From Chthoniobacterales bacterium (lineage in GTDB: Bacteria; Verrucomicrobiota; Verrucomicrobiia; Chthoniobacterales; Chthoniobacteraceae): a stretch of DNA of 64,000 nt. The stretch is from contig JBBQYR010000002.1 of the NCBI GenBank assembly GCA_038208565.1, positions 13,234 through 77,233 of the forward strand. Reading direction: 5' to 3'. Positions within the stretch are counted from its first letter, which is position 1, and each line of letters opens with the position of its first letter. The notes under the pieces were generated by a model, which searched no databases, was not told the DNA's origin, and saw only the letters and a list, made by a program, of their open reading frames with translations. The position numbers and the translations under genes are program-made. Shown in pieces: positions 1 through 9,588 of this stretch.

Positions 1-3000
1 CAGGGAGATGACTTGATCGAGCGCGTGGGCCGCGGCGGCGTGGAGTTGCTCCAGCGGGAGCGGCGGGCGCGGCGCAGGCGCGGACAACGGCGGCGTGCGT
101 TCCCAATCGAGGTGGTAAAGCACGTCGCGCGTGCCACTGGATGCGCCCGTGCGGCGGACGCCCGCGACGCTGATCGCGCGGAAGCCATCGACGAGCACAC
201 ACGGCTGGCCGGCCTCGTCGTAGATCCCGAGGCGGCCTTCGAAGAATTCGTCGTTGCACTGGAGCACGCTCGCCCGCACGCGCGCCGCCGCGCCGGGGGT
301 GCGGAGGAAAAGGATGCGTCCGAAGCGGACCGGCAGCTTCATCTGCGATCCGCGCGTCTCGACCGTCGAACGGCCCGCGGAGAGCACGTGCAGCGCGCCA
401 TCGAGCAGCACCGGGTGCAGCGGATAGTCGTTCGCGCGCTTCGCAGATTCCTCCGAAAGCGCGACGCGGCCCATCGATTCGCCGGCCGCCGCCGAAAGCT
501 CGCGAACCGAGCGAAACTCTTCGCCGTAGCGAAGGCCGAGATCGCTCATGTACCGGTAGAAGCCTTCGACTTCGACGGGCTCGGTGCCGGGCACCGCGGC
601 GCTCTCCCAAGTGGTGGCGGCAAAAGGCGACTCGGTGCGCTCGCCACGCATCGAACCAACGACGTGCAGCGACCACGCCGCGCCATTTTCAAACCGACTC
701 TGGATGGCAAAAGTGCGCTCGTTCGGATCGTAGGAGAACTCGAGATGCACGCCCGAGGCCGGGTCGGGCACGATGAGCGGTTTGCGAATCTCGAAGTCCT
801 CGACGACGAACGCGCGGCCTTCAAACAACTGCACGCCAGCTTCCAAAACCATGTCCACAAATGCGGCGGCTGGGAAGATCACGTGGCTGTCCACTTTGTG
901 ATCCTTGAGGTAAGCCATGTGGCGGTTGTCGAGGCGCGCCGTCCAGGTGGGCGTCGCGCGCGGCAGGCGGAGATCGAGCAAGCCGCGCCCGCCCGAGGCG
1001 AGACGACCTTCCCGCCAGTCGCTCGCTTCGTTCCACCAGCGGCTCTTGTCCCACGCGTAGGCGGGCAGCGAGAGCAGATGGCGCGAGGGCGTTATCGCCG
1101 CGAAATCGAGCGCGACGCTGGCGCGGTGGAGATCCATCGCGGTTTCGAGCAGCGACTCCTGTTCGCGCTCGCGACGCGCTGAGGAGAAGACCGTTGCCTT
1201 CCCGCCGCTGCGACCGGCGAGACACTCCTGAATCGAATGGACGAGCGCGGGATGCGCGCCGAGTTCGAGCCAGACATCGACGCCAAATTCCGCAATGGCC
1301 GCCACCGCGGGCGCAAACTGTACTGCCTGCCGCACACCGCGGCCCCAGTGGAGCGCATCGCACGATTCGCCGGGGCAGCGCGCGCCAGTCACCGTGCTGA
1401 AGAACGGCGTCGTATCGGGCTGCGGAATGAGATCGGCAATCGCCGCTTCCAATTCCTCGGAGGCGGGCTCCATGAGCGGGTGGTGGAAAGGATGATCGAC
1501 GCGGACGAGGCGCGCGAAGACGCCTTGCGGTTCGAGTTCGGCGATCATCGCCTCGAGCGAAATGCGGGCACCGGCGAGGGTGAGCGAACGCGGGCCATTG
1601 ATCGCGGCGATCGTGACTGTGCGGTCGTGGCGCGCGATCAGGGCGCGCGCTTCGTCTTCGCCGAGACCGACGGCGAGCATGGTGCCGGCCCCGCGGGCGC
1701 AGCCATCCATGAACTTGGCGCGGAGCGTGATCACGCGGGCGCCTTCCTCGATGCTGAACACCCCGGCGACACACGCCGCGGCGATTTCGCCGACGCTGTG
1801 GCCGACGATGGCCGCGGGCACGACGCCCCACGATTTCCAAAGCTCGGCCAGCGCCACCTGCATGGCGAAAATGGCCGGCTGCGCGATCTCGGTGCGCGCC
1901 ATCTGCGAGGTCTCCTCGGTGCGGGCGAGTTCTTCGAGCAGGGAGAAACGCGCGAACGGTTTCATCGCCGCGGCGCAGCGCTCGATCGTCTTCCGGAAGA
2001 CCGGCTCGTGGCGCATCAGTTCGCGGCCCATGCCCCACCACTGCGGTCCCTGACCGCTCATGACGAAGGCGACGCGCGGCGGGTGTTCCGGGCGCGGCGT
2101 GAAGGAGGTGCGGGCCTTCGGGCTCTCCTGCTTCACGGCGAAGCCATCGAGTTCCTGCACGACTTCGCTCATCGAGTTCGCGACGATCGTCAGGCGGTAA
2201 GGATGATGATTGCGGCGGGCGCCGAGCGTGTAGACGAGGTCGGGCAGCACCGGCGAATCGCCGTTGGCATGCGAGCGTTCCTCCAGCCACTTGGCGAGCA
2301 GGAGCGCGGAGCCGCGGAGCGCTTCTTCCGAGCGGGCCGAGACCACGATCGGCCAGGCGCGATCCGTGACTTCCGCGGAGTGATCCCGCGGCGCCACCGC
2401 CGGCGGTTCTTCGAGAATGACGTGGGCATTCGCGCCGCCGAATCCGAACGAATTGACGCCCGCCATGCGCAGGCCCTTGGTCTTCGGGAAAGGCTCGAGT
2501 TCGGTGTTCACGCGCAAGCGCAGACCCTCGAAATCGATGTTCGGATTGGGCGTTTCGAAATGGAGATTCGCGGGAATTTTCCCGTGCTTGAGGACGAGCA
2601 GCGCCTTGACCAGACCGGCGACGCCGGCCGCGGTTTCCAAATGGCCGAGGTTCGTTTTCACCGAGCCGATGATGAGCGGCGCGTCGGCGGGACGATTGAC
2701 GCACAGAGCCTCGGCGAGCGCGTGGGCTTCGATCGGGTCGCCGACCGCGGTGCCGGTGCCGTGGGCTTCCACGAAGCCGATCTGCAGCGGATCGACGCCG
2801 CCGTGGGCGCACGTTTCGGACACCAGCCGCGCCTGGGCTTCCGGGCTCGGAAGCGAGATGCCGTTGGTGTGGCCGTCCTGGTTCAGGCCGGTGCTGACGA
2901 TCACGCCATGGATCGGATCGCCGTCGGCGAGTGCCTGCGAGAGGCGCTTGAGCAGCACCATGCCCGCACCTTCGCCGCGCACGAAACCATTGGCATCGGC

Positions 3001-3696
3001 GTCGAAGGCCTTGCACTTGCCTTCCGGCGAAAGCATCGAGGCTTGGGAAAAGCCGATGAAGCCGCCGGGCGTGATCATGACGGTGACGCCGCCAGCCATC
3101 GCCATGTCGCCGCGACCGGTCCAGATGTGCTCGCACGCCGCGTGGACGGCGGTGAGCGCCGACGAGCAGGCGGTGTCCATGGCCACGCTCGGGCCCTGCA
3201 GATTCAGGCAGTAGGAAATTCGGTTGGCCGCGATGCTGTGCGCGCTGCCGGTGGGCGAGTGCGGCGTGATTCCCGCCGAGTCCCAAGGAGTGCCCTGGAT
3301 GATCTGGTAGTCGTTATGCGAAATGCCGACGAACACCCCGATGTCGGTGCCTTTCTCAAAGTCGAGCGTGATGCCGGCGTCTTCGATCGCTTCCCACGCG
3401 GTCTCGAGGAGGAGCCGCTGCTGGGGATCGACGTAGGGCGCTTCACGCGGCGAGATGCCGAAGAACTGCGGGTCAAATTGATCGATGCCCTCGACGAAAC
3501 CGCCGCGCCGGGCGATGGATTTACCGACGATGCCGGGCTCGGAGTCGTAGAAGCGATCGACGTTCCAGCGATCCGGCGGGATTTCACCGACCGCCTCGCG
3601 ACCCTCGACGAGCAGCTTCCAGAAAGTGTCCGGGTCATTGACTCCACCGGGGAAGCGGCAGCCGATTCCGATAATTGCGATGCGATCTTGGGGCAT
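1..3696 (-). CDS. Type I polyketide synthase, 5' part (KS-AT-DH; continues beyond left edge)
   Basis: Manual translation from ATG at 3696: MPQDRIAIIGIGCRFPGG...DPQQRLLLE. KS site GPSVAMDTACSS, AT site IVGHSVGE and VDHPFHH, DH motifs LKDHKVDSHVIFP and YPLHPVLLDGALH. Position 1 is in the same frame; absent from the ORF track, consistent with no stop inside the window. Confidence 0.95.
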   Translation of the reverse strand, partial: MPQDRIAIIGIGCRFPGGVNDPDTFWKLLVEGREAVGEIPPDRWNVDRFYDSEPGIVGKSIARRGGFVEGIDQFDPQFFGISPREAPYVDPQQRLLLETAWEAIEDAGITLDFEKGTDIGVFVGISHNDYQIIQGTPWDSAGITPHSPTGSAHSIAANRISYCLNLQGPSVAMDTACSSALTAVHAACEHIWTGRGDMAMAGGVTVMITPGGFIGFSQASMLSPEGKCKAFDADANGFVRGEGAGMVLLKRLSQALADGDPIHGVIVSTGLNQDGHTNGISLPSPEAQARLVSETCAHGGVDPLQIGFVEAHGTGTAVGDPIEAHALAEALCVNRPADAPLIIGSVKTNLGHLETAAGVAGLVKALLVLKHGKIPANLHFETPNPNIDFEGLRLRVNTELEPFPKTKGLRMAGVNSFGFGGANAHVILEEPPAVAPRDHSAEVTDRAWPIVVSARSEEALRGSALLLAKWLEERSHANGDSPVLPDLVYTLGARRNHHPYRLTIVANSMSEVVQELDGFAVKQESPKARTSFTPRPEHPPRVAFVMSGQGPQWWGMGRELMRHEPVFRKTIERCAAAMKPFARFSLLEELARTEETSQMARTEIAQPAIFAMQVALAELWKSWGVVPAAIVGHSVGEIAAACVAGVFSIEEGARVITLRAKFMDGCARGAGTMLAVGLGEDEARALIARHDRTVTIAAINGPRSLTLAGARISLEAMIAELEPQGVFARLVRVDHPFHHPLMEPASEELEAAIADLIPQPDTTPFFSTVTGARCPGESCDALHWGRGVRQAVQFAPAVAAIAEFGVDVWLELGAHPALVHSIQECLAGRSGGKATVFSSARREREQESLLETAMDLHRASVALDFAAITPSRHLLSLPAYAWDKSRWWNEASDWREGRLASGGRGLLDLRLPRATPTWTARLDNRHMAYLKDHKVDSHVIFPAAAFVDMVLEAGVQLFEGRAFVVEDFEIRKPLIVPDPASGVHLEFSYDPNERTFAIQSRFENGAAWSLHVVGSMRGERTESPFAATTWESAAVPGTEPVEVEGFYRYMSDLGLRYGEEFRSVRELSAAAGESMGRVALSEESAKRANDYPLHPVLLDGALHVLSAGRSTVETRGSQMKLPVRFGRILFLRTPGAAARVRASVLQCNDEFFEGRLGIYDEAGQPCVLVDGFRAISVAGVRRTGASSGTRDVLYHLDWERTPPLSAPAPRPPLPLEQLHAAAAHALDQVISL

Positions 3697-3945
3697 AAGA
3701 ATGAAGAGGACGCGAGAAGCGCCGGGGGATTGGAAGGGGCGCGGCAGGATGCGTCAAGCCGAGGTTCGCGTTTCAGAGGACTTGGAAGCTGCGGGAAGTG
3801 GGTCGATCGGGTGGATGGAGAGGCGCAATGTGTCCCTAGAGATCGTCGGGACTGACTGTTTTGCGTCCCTGAAAATCAAATCCGGTCGCAGTTTACGGAA
3901 AAAACGGTCGCTCACCCGGCGAGCGCCGAAGTAAACACACCTGAT

Positions 3946-5898
3946 ATGTGCGGCATCGCTGGAGTTATAGATCTTGTCGACCACCGAACGGTGCCGAGCG
4001 AAGTGATTCGCCGCATGGCCCGGGCGATTATTCATCGTGGGCCGGATGAGGAGGGTTTTTACGAGCGCCCGGGCATCGCACTGGCCTCGCGGCGGCTGAG
4101 CATCGTGGGCCTCGCCGACGGCCAGCAGCCCGTGAACAACGAGGACGGGACGATCAACGTGGTCTTCAACGGTGAGCTTTTCGACCATCTGGAAAAGCGC
4201 GCCGCACTCGAAGCGCGCGGGCATCGGCTGATCAAACACTGCGACACCGAGGTCATCCCGCACCTCTGGGAAGAGCACGGACGGGATATGTTCGAGAAGC
4301 TGCGCGGGCAGTTTGCCATCGCGCTCTGGGATGAAAAACAGCGCCGCCTGCTGCTCACGCGCGACCGCTTCGGCATCTGCCCGCTCTACTGGACGCGGCA
4401 GGGCGACTGGCTGCTCTTCGCCTCGGAGATCAAGGCGCTGCTTGCCTCGGGCATGGTGGAGGCGCGGCCGGATCGGCACGGCATCGACCACATCTTCAGC
4501 TTCGCGGCACTGCCGGGGCCGATCACCTGTTTTGAAAATGTGCAGTTGCTCCGCGCGGGACATTTCCTCGAGATCGCGCCGGGCGACGAGCGCGGGCACG
4601 CCCCGGAAATCCACGACCGCCCGTACTGGCAGATGGATTTCCCGGACCTCGGCGACGAGGAGCAGGGCGAGAACCCGAAGAAGCTCGTCGATCAATTTGA
4701 GGAGCTGATGCTCAAAGCCGTGGACACCCGGCTCAAGGCCGACGTCCCGGTCGGCTCGTATCTCTCGGGCGGCGTGGATTCGAGCATGATCGCGGCGCTG
4801 GCCTGCCACCTCAAAGGCTCGGCGATCAACACCTACACGATCCGCGTCGATAGGCCGGAGCTCGATGAACTCGACGCCGCAAATCTCGTCGCGCGGCACA
4901 TCAAGACGAAGCCGCCGATCGTGCAGGAGTTTCGTGACGAGGACGCGATCAAGACCTACCCCAGCCTCATCCGGGCCGCCGAGGTGCCCGTCATCGACAC
5001 CTCCTGCGCCGCCCTGCTCCAGCTCGCGCAGCGAGTTCACGCCAACGGCCAGAAAGTCGTGCTCACCGGCGAAGGTGCCGACGAATGGCTGGTCGGATAC
5101 CCGTGGTACAAGGCGGCGAAGATCATCCAGTATCTCGACTTCATCCCCGGCCTGCGGCTCAGCGATCACGCCCGGCGCGCCTTTCTCCGGCTGAAAAATG
5201 TGCCGCAGTACCCGCGCGAATTTCGCCGGAAGATCGAGGCCACGATCGGCGGGCCGAATGCGTGGATCGATTCCTACGGCCTGCTCGGGCTCTCGAAGCT
5301 GCGCTTTTACTCCGACTCGATGCACGAGGTCCGCAAGTCGTCGAGCCCGTGGGCCGACCTGGACATCCCACTCGATCGCGCCAAACGCTGGCACCCGCTG
5401 AATCGCGGCATCTGGGTCGCTGGGCGCGTCACGCTCGGCGGGCATCTGCTCCAGGCAAAAGGCGACCGCATCGCCATGCACTCGTCGGTGGAAGTCCGCT
5501 ATCCGTTCCTCGACGAAGACGTCTTCGCCTTCCTCGCCAAGCTGCATCCGGACTGGAAGCTGCGCGGTTTCCGCGACAAACACCTGCTCCGCCTGCTCGC
5601 CGAACGCTGGCTGCCGCCCTCGGTCTATCAGCGCCAGAAAGTGATCTTCCGCGCGCCGCTTGACAGCTTCCACATGGACCCCGAGCCGCCGTTCGTCGGC
5701 CAATTGCTCAGCGAGGAATCGCTCAAACGCACGGGCTACTTCGACCATGCCGCCGTGCATCACTGGCGGCGGAAGTTTCGCGAAATGCCCGCCGGCTCAC
5801 TGCCGCGGCTCTCGATCGAAGGCGGGCTCGCCGCCGTCGTGGCCACGCAGCTCTGGCACCACACTTATATCGACCCAAGCCTGGCTGAACTTCCGTAA
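3946..5898 (+). CDS. asnB: Asparagine synthase (glutamine-hydrolysing) / amidotransferase
   Basis: N-terminal MCGIAG (Ntn Cys2), HRGPD, RLSIV, FNGE, RDRFG, LSGGVDSS, TGEGADE, EVRYPFLD. Confidence 0.93.
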   Translation: MCGIAGVIDLVDHRTVPSEVIRRMARAIIHRGPDEEGFYERPGIALASRRLSIVGLADGQQPVNNEDGTINVVFNGELFDHLEKRAALEARGHRLIKHCDTEVIPHLWEEHGRDMFEKLRGQFAIALWDEKQRRLLLTRDRFGICPLYWTRQGDWLLFASEIKALLASGMVEARPDRHGIDHIFSFAALPGPITCFENVQLLRAGHFLEIAPGDERGHAPEIHDRPYWQMDFPDLGDEEQGENPKKLVDQFEELMLKAVDTRLKADVPVGSYLSGGVDSSMIAALACHLKGSAINTYTIRVDRPELDELDAANLVARHIKTKPPIVQEFRDEDAIKTYPSLIRAAEVPVIDTSCAALLQLAQRVHANGQKVVLTGEGADEWLVGYPWYKAAKIIQYLDFIPGLRLSDHARRAFLRLKNVPQYPREFRRKIEATIGGPNAWIDSYGLLGLSKLRFYSDSMHEVRKSSSPWADLDIPLDRAKRWHPLNRGIWVAGRVTLGGHLLQAKGDRIAMHSSVEVRYPFLDEDVFAFLAKLHPDWKLRGFRDKHLLRLLAERWLPPSVYQRQKVIFRAPLDSFHMDPEPPFVGQLLSEESLKRTGYFDHAAVHHWRRKFREMPAGSLPRLSIEGGLAAVVATQLWHHTYIDPSLAELP

Positions 5899-5908
5899 GC
5901 GGAGGAGG

Positions 5909-5989
5909 TGAACCGCGGAGGCGCGGAGATCAGCAGACCCAAATCCAGCCGGCCTTTTTTCCTCCGCGCCTCCGCGCCTCCGCAGTTCA
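5909..5989. repeat. REP-like inverted repeat / probable bidirectional terminator
   Basis: tgaaccgcggaggcgcggag (5909-5928) pairs with ctccgcgcctccgcagttca (5970-5989) with 1 mismatch; lies between convergent genes. Confidence 0.75.
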
Positions 5990-5995
5990 AGCTCC

Positions 5996-6766
5996 TCAAC
6001 GCAGCTTGGCCAGCAGCGTCCGTCCGCGCGTTTTCGTTTCGGGGTCGTCCTTTTCCGTTTCCTGCATCGCCAGCCCCTTGGTGAGGAATTTCCGCGCCTC
6101 GGCGTCCTGGCCCATCTGCGCGTAAGTCCGGCCGAGTTCGATGTAGTGCATGAGCCGGTTCGGTTTGAGTTCGATCGCTTTCAAGAAACAGCGCACCGCA
6201 TCTTCGTATTTCGCCGGCGGCAGCGTGCCATAGACCACCTTGGCCAGCGTCCGGCGCAGCGAGCCGACATCGGCCAGCACTAGATAGTAGCGACCCAGCA
6301 CGTGCCACGCGAGGTCGTTGCCGGGATCGAGCGCGATGGCTTTGTCCGCCGAGTTCTTGATCAAGCGCGAGTTGTTCACCTGCTCCTTCGAGCCTTGGAG
6401 CGGCAGCAGCTTGCCATAGCTGATGGCCAGCGCGAGGTGCGTCTCCGGGTCCTTCGGCGCGAGCGCCACGGCGCGCTTGGAATATTCGACCGCGATTTCC
6501 GCGAACCGCACCTTTTCCTCCTGTTTGGTCGCATCGCTCATCAGGTGGCGATACTCCCGGGCGATGCGCACGAGCAGGCGCGCGTTATCGGGATCGAGCT
6601 TCTCCGCGGGCAGGTAATACTTCAGCGCTTCCGCCGCCTGGAGCTTTTCGTAGTGGACGTCGCCCTTGCGAATCAGCTCCTCCGCCGTCTGCCCTCGCGC
6701 CCACGAGCTAGCAAAAAAGAGGATCGCCAAAGTCGGCAGCGCGCGGAGGAAGGAGGAAGGGCTCAT
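5996..6766 (-). CDS. Exported TPR-repeat protein
   Basis: Signal-like N-terminus (LAILFFASSWARG) and TPR-like helical repeats (KAIALDPGNDLAWHVLG, KAIELKPN...ELGRTY). Start placed at ATG 6766. Confidence 0.8.
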   Translation of the reverse strand: MSPSSFLRALPTLAILFFASSWARGQTAEELIRKGDVHYEKLQAAEALKYYLPAEKLDPDNARLLVRIAREYRHLMSDATKQEEKVRFAEIAVEYSKRAVALAPKDPETHLALAISYGKLLPLQGSKEQVNNSRLIKNSADKAIALDPGNDLAWHVLGRYYLVLADVGSLRRTLAKVVYGTLPPAKYEDAVRCFLKAIELKPNRLMHYIELGRTYAQMGQDAEARKFLTKGLAMQETEKDDPETKTRGRTLLAKLR

Positions 6767-6869
6767 AAGTTGCAGGGGTGGAGTGCGAACACCGCGAGCA
6801 GGGAGCCTGGCGGACAAAGTTCACACTCGCTTCGCAATTGACCGGTGCAGCGGTCTTCTTTCCACACGG

Positions 6870-8177
6870 TTAATCGTCGTGATCGACCTTGCCGACGGCG
6901 GCTTCGATCAGGCGTCCGGCATTCAGCAGCTTCGCTTCACCGAGGCGAGGGCCGATCAATTGCAAGCTCGTGGCTGGGACGCGGCCGCGACGCATCGGCA
7001 CGGGTACGGCGAGCGCGGGATTGCCCGCGAAATTCACGGCCACGGTATTTTGCAGAACGAGTATCCGGGCTTCGAGAATTCCGATCTGAAAATTCGGAGG
7101 AATGGGCGGCGGCGCGCTCTGCATGGTGGGCAATACGATGAAGTCGACCTTGGAAAGAGCCCCATTCAGCGCGTCCTGCCATTCATCCCGCCGCTGGAGC
7201 GCTTTGCGGTAATCCTTCAGGTAAGCGACGTTGCCGATGAAAATGGCGGATTTCGTCCGCGTGGCGACCGTGAGGCGGAAGCGGTGTTGCTGATTACTGA
7301 TCCACACACCGGCCGCCGCGAGGGTGTTGCCGTCCGTCTTCGCCTGCTCCCACTTCGCGGCGAAATCTGCTTTGAGCGGCACGACTTGGAAGCCGGCTTT
7401 GGTCAGCGCATCATCGACCGCTTCATCGATCTGGCGATCGGTGCCTTTGAGATAAAGCCGACCGACCTTGATCGTGGCACCCGTGGGCTTGGCTGCCACC
7501 GCCGCCTGATACTTGGCCGCAAAACCTTCCTGCAGCAGGTCCATGCCCTGCACCGTGAGCGCGATGTCGCGCCCGATCGGCCCGACGGTATCGAGGTGAT
7601 CATCCTCGATCGGATGCACGCCCTTGATCGGCACGAGGCCAAACGTGGTCTTCAACCCGACGACCCCACAGCAGGCCGCCGGCACGCGCACGGAACCCGC
7701 GGTATCGGTGCCAAACGCCACATCGGCCAGACCACTCGCGACCGCGACCGCGGACCCGGACGACGACCCGCCGGGGATCAACCTGCGCCAGCCACTGAAA
7801 GGATTTTTCGGCGTGCCGAAGTATTCGTTCACCCCCGAAGGCGCGACCGCGAATTCGCTGAGGTTCGCCTTGCCGACGATGTGGATGTCGCGCTTCCGGG
7901 CGATCGCGAGGAGCGGGGCATCGTGCGCGGCTGGCAGCCGGGATTTCGCGAAATATTCCGAGCCGGCCGAGGTCACCAACCCCGCCATGTCGATATTGTC
8001 CTTCACCGCGAGCTTCAGCTTCGTGGAGCCCTCGGGCGCCGGCCAGTAGGCGATCAGGGCGCGGTTTTTCGAGCCCCCCTTCGGATAGATCGGCAGGACG
8101 CTGCAACCACTGAGCAGAACCGTGCCCGCGAGGGCCGGAAGTAACCATCCAAAGGAAAGGCGGTGGGGAATTTTCAT
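6870..8177 (-). CDS. Amidase signature family protein, predicted lipoprotein
   Basis: AVKD Lys, PGGSSSGSAVAVA and GTDTAGSVRVPA (Ser-cisSer-Lys triad); lipobox LSGC after a hydrophobic stretch. Confidence 0.9.
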   Translation of the reverse strand: MKIPHRLSFGWLLPALAGTVLLSGCSVLPIYPKGGSKNRALIAYWPAPEGSTKLKLAVKDNIDMAGLVTSAGSEYFAKSRLPAAHDAPLLAIARKRDIHIVGKANLSEFAVAPSGVNEYFGTPKNPFSGWRRLIPGGSSSGSAVAVASGLADVAFGTDTAGSVRVPAACCGVVGLKTTFGLVPIKGVHPIEDDHLDTVGPIGRDIALTVQGMDLLQEGFAAKYQAAVAAKPTGATIKVGRLYLKGTDRQIDEAVDDALTKAGFQVVPLKADFAAKWEQAKTDGNTLAAAGVWISNQQHRFRLTVATRTKSAIFIGNVAYLKDYRKALQRRDEWQDALNGALSKVDFIVLPTMQSAPPPIPPNFQIGILEARILVLQNTVAVNFAGNPALAVPVPMRRGRVPATSLQLIGPRLGEAKLLNAGRLIEAAVGKVDHDD

Positions 8178-8249
8178 AGAACGCTCGCGAATGTAGCGCC
8201 CTTGGAAACACCGCCAAGAGATTTACCGGAACGGCTCGATCCGTGATGG

Positions 8250-9455
8250 TTAACTGATCTTCCAATGCGCCTGCCGAAGCACGGCGCGGTCGCTGTCCTT
8301 CACCTTCTCATACCAGACGGTGAGCAGCGTGCCGTCGGCGAGTTCGACGGTGCTCGGGTAGCCGAGGTCGCCGCCGATGCCGTCGCCGGAGATGATCACC
8401 GGCTCGCCCCAAGTCTGGCCGTGGTCTTCGCTCAGGCGCGCCTGATTTCCAAAGGGCGCGCGCCGATGCCCGTAGGTCATGAGCAGGCGCCCGTCGCGGA
8501 GCTTCAGCAGATGCGAAGGCAGGCCCCACACGCCGATGGCGTGCGGCTCGCTCCAGGTCTTGCCGCCATCGGTCGATTCGCTTTGGAGCGTCTCGCCTTT
8601 GTTCGTCGAGCTGTGGTTCCGGATCTGGACGATGAGCGTGCCATTGGCGGCTTCGATGGCGTGCAGCTCGTGATATTCCTTCGCGGCCTGGTCGCCGGAA
8701 CGCGTCGGGATTTCCGCCAGCCAGCGCCACGTCTGGCCATCGTCGGTCGATTCGCTCACGCCGATCTTTTTCTCGCCGGTCCAGAGCTGTTTGCCGGCGT
8801 AGAGCAGGCGCCCGTCGCGGAGCTGGGTCGGGCCATGCGGGCTGTTCACGATCGTGGGCAGGCGCGTGGACCAGGTCTTGCCACCGTCCGTCGAGCGGAT
8901 CAGCCATTCGCCGAGCTCAGCTTTGCGCTCCGCGTCGTTCAGCCGGGCGTGGGCCGCTTTCCAGCGCGCGAGCTGCTCGGGTTTCATCTGCCCTTTCTTC
9001 CATCCCTCCGCCGAGAGTTCGGTCATGCCCATCTGCTTTTCGAGGAGCGGCTCATAAGCCAGCGAGGTGAAAGTGGTGACGAGCAGTGTGCCCTTGGCCG
9101 TCTCGAGTACGCCGGAGTCGCGGTCGTCGGTCGCGCTATCGAGCAGCACCCGCGGGTAGGTCCACGTCTCGCCGTTGTCCCGCGAAGTCATCGCCACGAC
9201 CTGGCCGAACGGGCACACATGCGCCTCACGCCCGCCGGACCACGTCACCCACAGCTCACCATTCGCGCGCCGCGCCACCGTGGACCAGCCGCAGTAGTAT
9301 TCCGGCTGCTGGCTGATGACTTTGGTATCGAGAATCTGGACCGTCGGCGCGGCGGAAGCCCGGCTCCTGAGGCCAAAGGTCGCGAGCCCGGCGCTGAGGG
9401 CGAGGCTGTCGCGGAGGAACGTGCGGCGGGGAGTCGGAGCGAATGGCATGGGCAT
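8250..9455 (-). CDS. Tat-exported BNR/Asp-box beta-propeller (sialidase-like)
   Basis: RRTFL twin-arginine signal; five Asp boxes (SRDNGETW, STDGGKTW x2, STDDGQTW, SEDHGQTW); C-terminal GYP. Start 9455 or 9449. Confidence 0.85.
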   Translation of the reverse strand: MPMPFAPTPRRTFLRDSLALSAGLATFGLRSRASAAPTVQILDTKVISQQPEYYCGWSTVARRANGELWVTWSGGREAHVCPFGQVVAMTSRDNGETWTYPRVLLDSATDDRDSGVLETAKGTLLVTTFTSLAYEPLLEKQMGMTELSAEGWKKGQMKPEQLARWKAAHARLNDAERKAELGEWLIRSTDGGKTWSTRLPTIVNSPHGPTQLRDGRLLYAGKQLWTGEKKIGVSESTDDGQTWRWLAEIPTRSGDQAAKEYHELHAIEAANGTLIVQIRNHSSTNKGETLQSESTDGGKTWSEPHAIGVWGLPSHLLKLRDGRLLMTYGHRRAPFGNQARLSEDHGQTWGEPVIISGDGIGGDLGYPSTVELADGTLLTVWYEKVKDSDRAVLRQAHWKIS

Positions 9456-9588
9456 GTTCGGGGGGTGGAAAGTGCGTTCAGTCAACGCCATCGTCGCAGC
9501 CATCTTAGACCAAAGCTTTAACCTTTCTAAGGAAGCAGAGCCGCTTGAGATTACTCGTCGCCTCCCAATTCATTTCCTTCCTCCCTGC

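Noticed and set aside
13-3855. Long ORF-track entries 13..1182(+), 1237..3855(+) and 821..3286(-)
   Set aside because: Antisense or off-frame shadows of the PKS; the real frame contains the KS/AT/DH motifs.
3825-3900. Minus-strand cgtaaactg...cagggacgcaaaac upstream of the PKS, resembling part of a c-di-GMP-I riboswitch
   Set aside because: No GNRA tetraloop or receptor and no convincing P1. A cmsearch against the Rfam c-di-GMP-I model would settle it.
8482-8824. 22 nt direct repeat agcaggcgcccgtcgcggagct
   Set aside because: Both copies encode LRDGRLL in propeller blades; not a CRISPR repeat or att site.
9316-9588. ORF-track N-terminal extensions (also at 23587, 26864, 29964, 40581, 41687, 42607, 47350, 48687, 50126, 52018)
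   Set aside because: They overlap neighbouring genes or intergenic DNA; downstream starts give proper signal peptides, domain starts or stop/start coupling.
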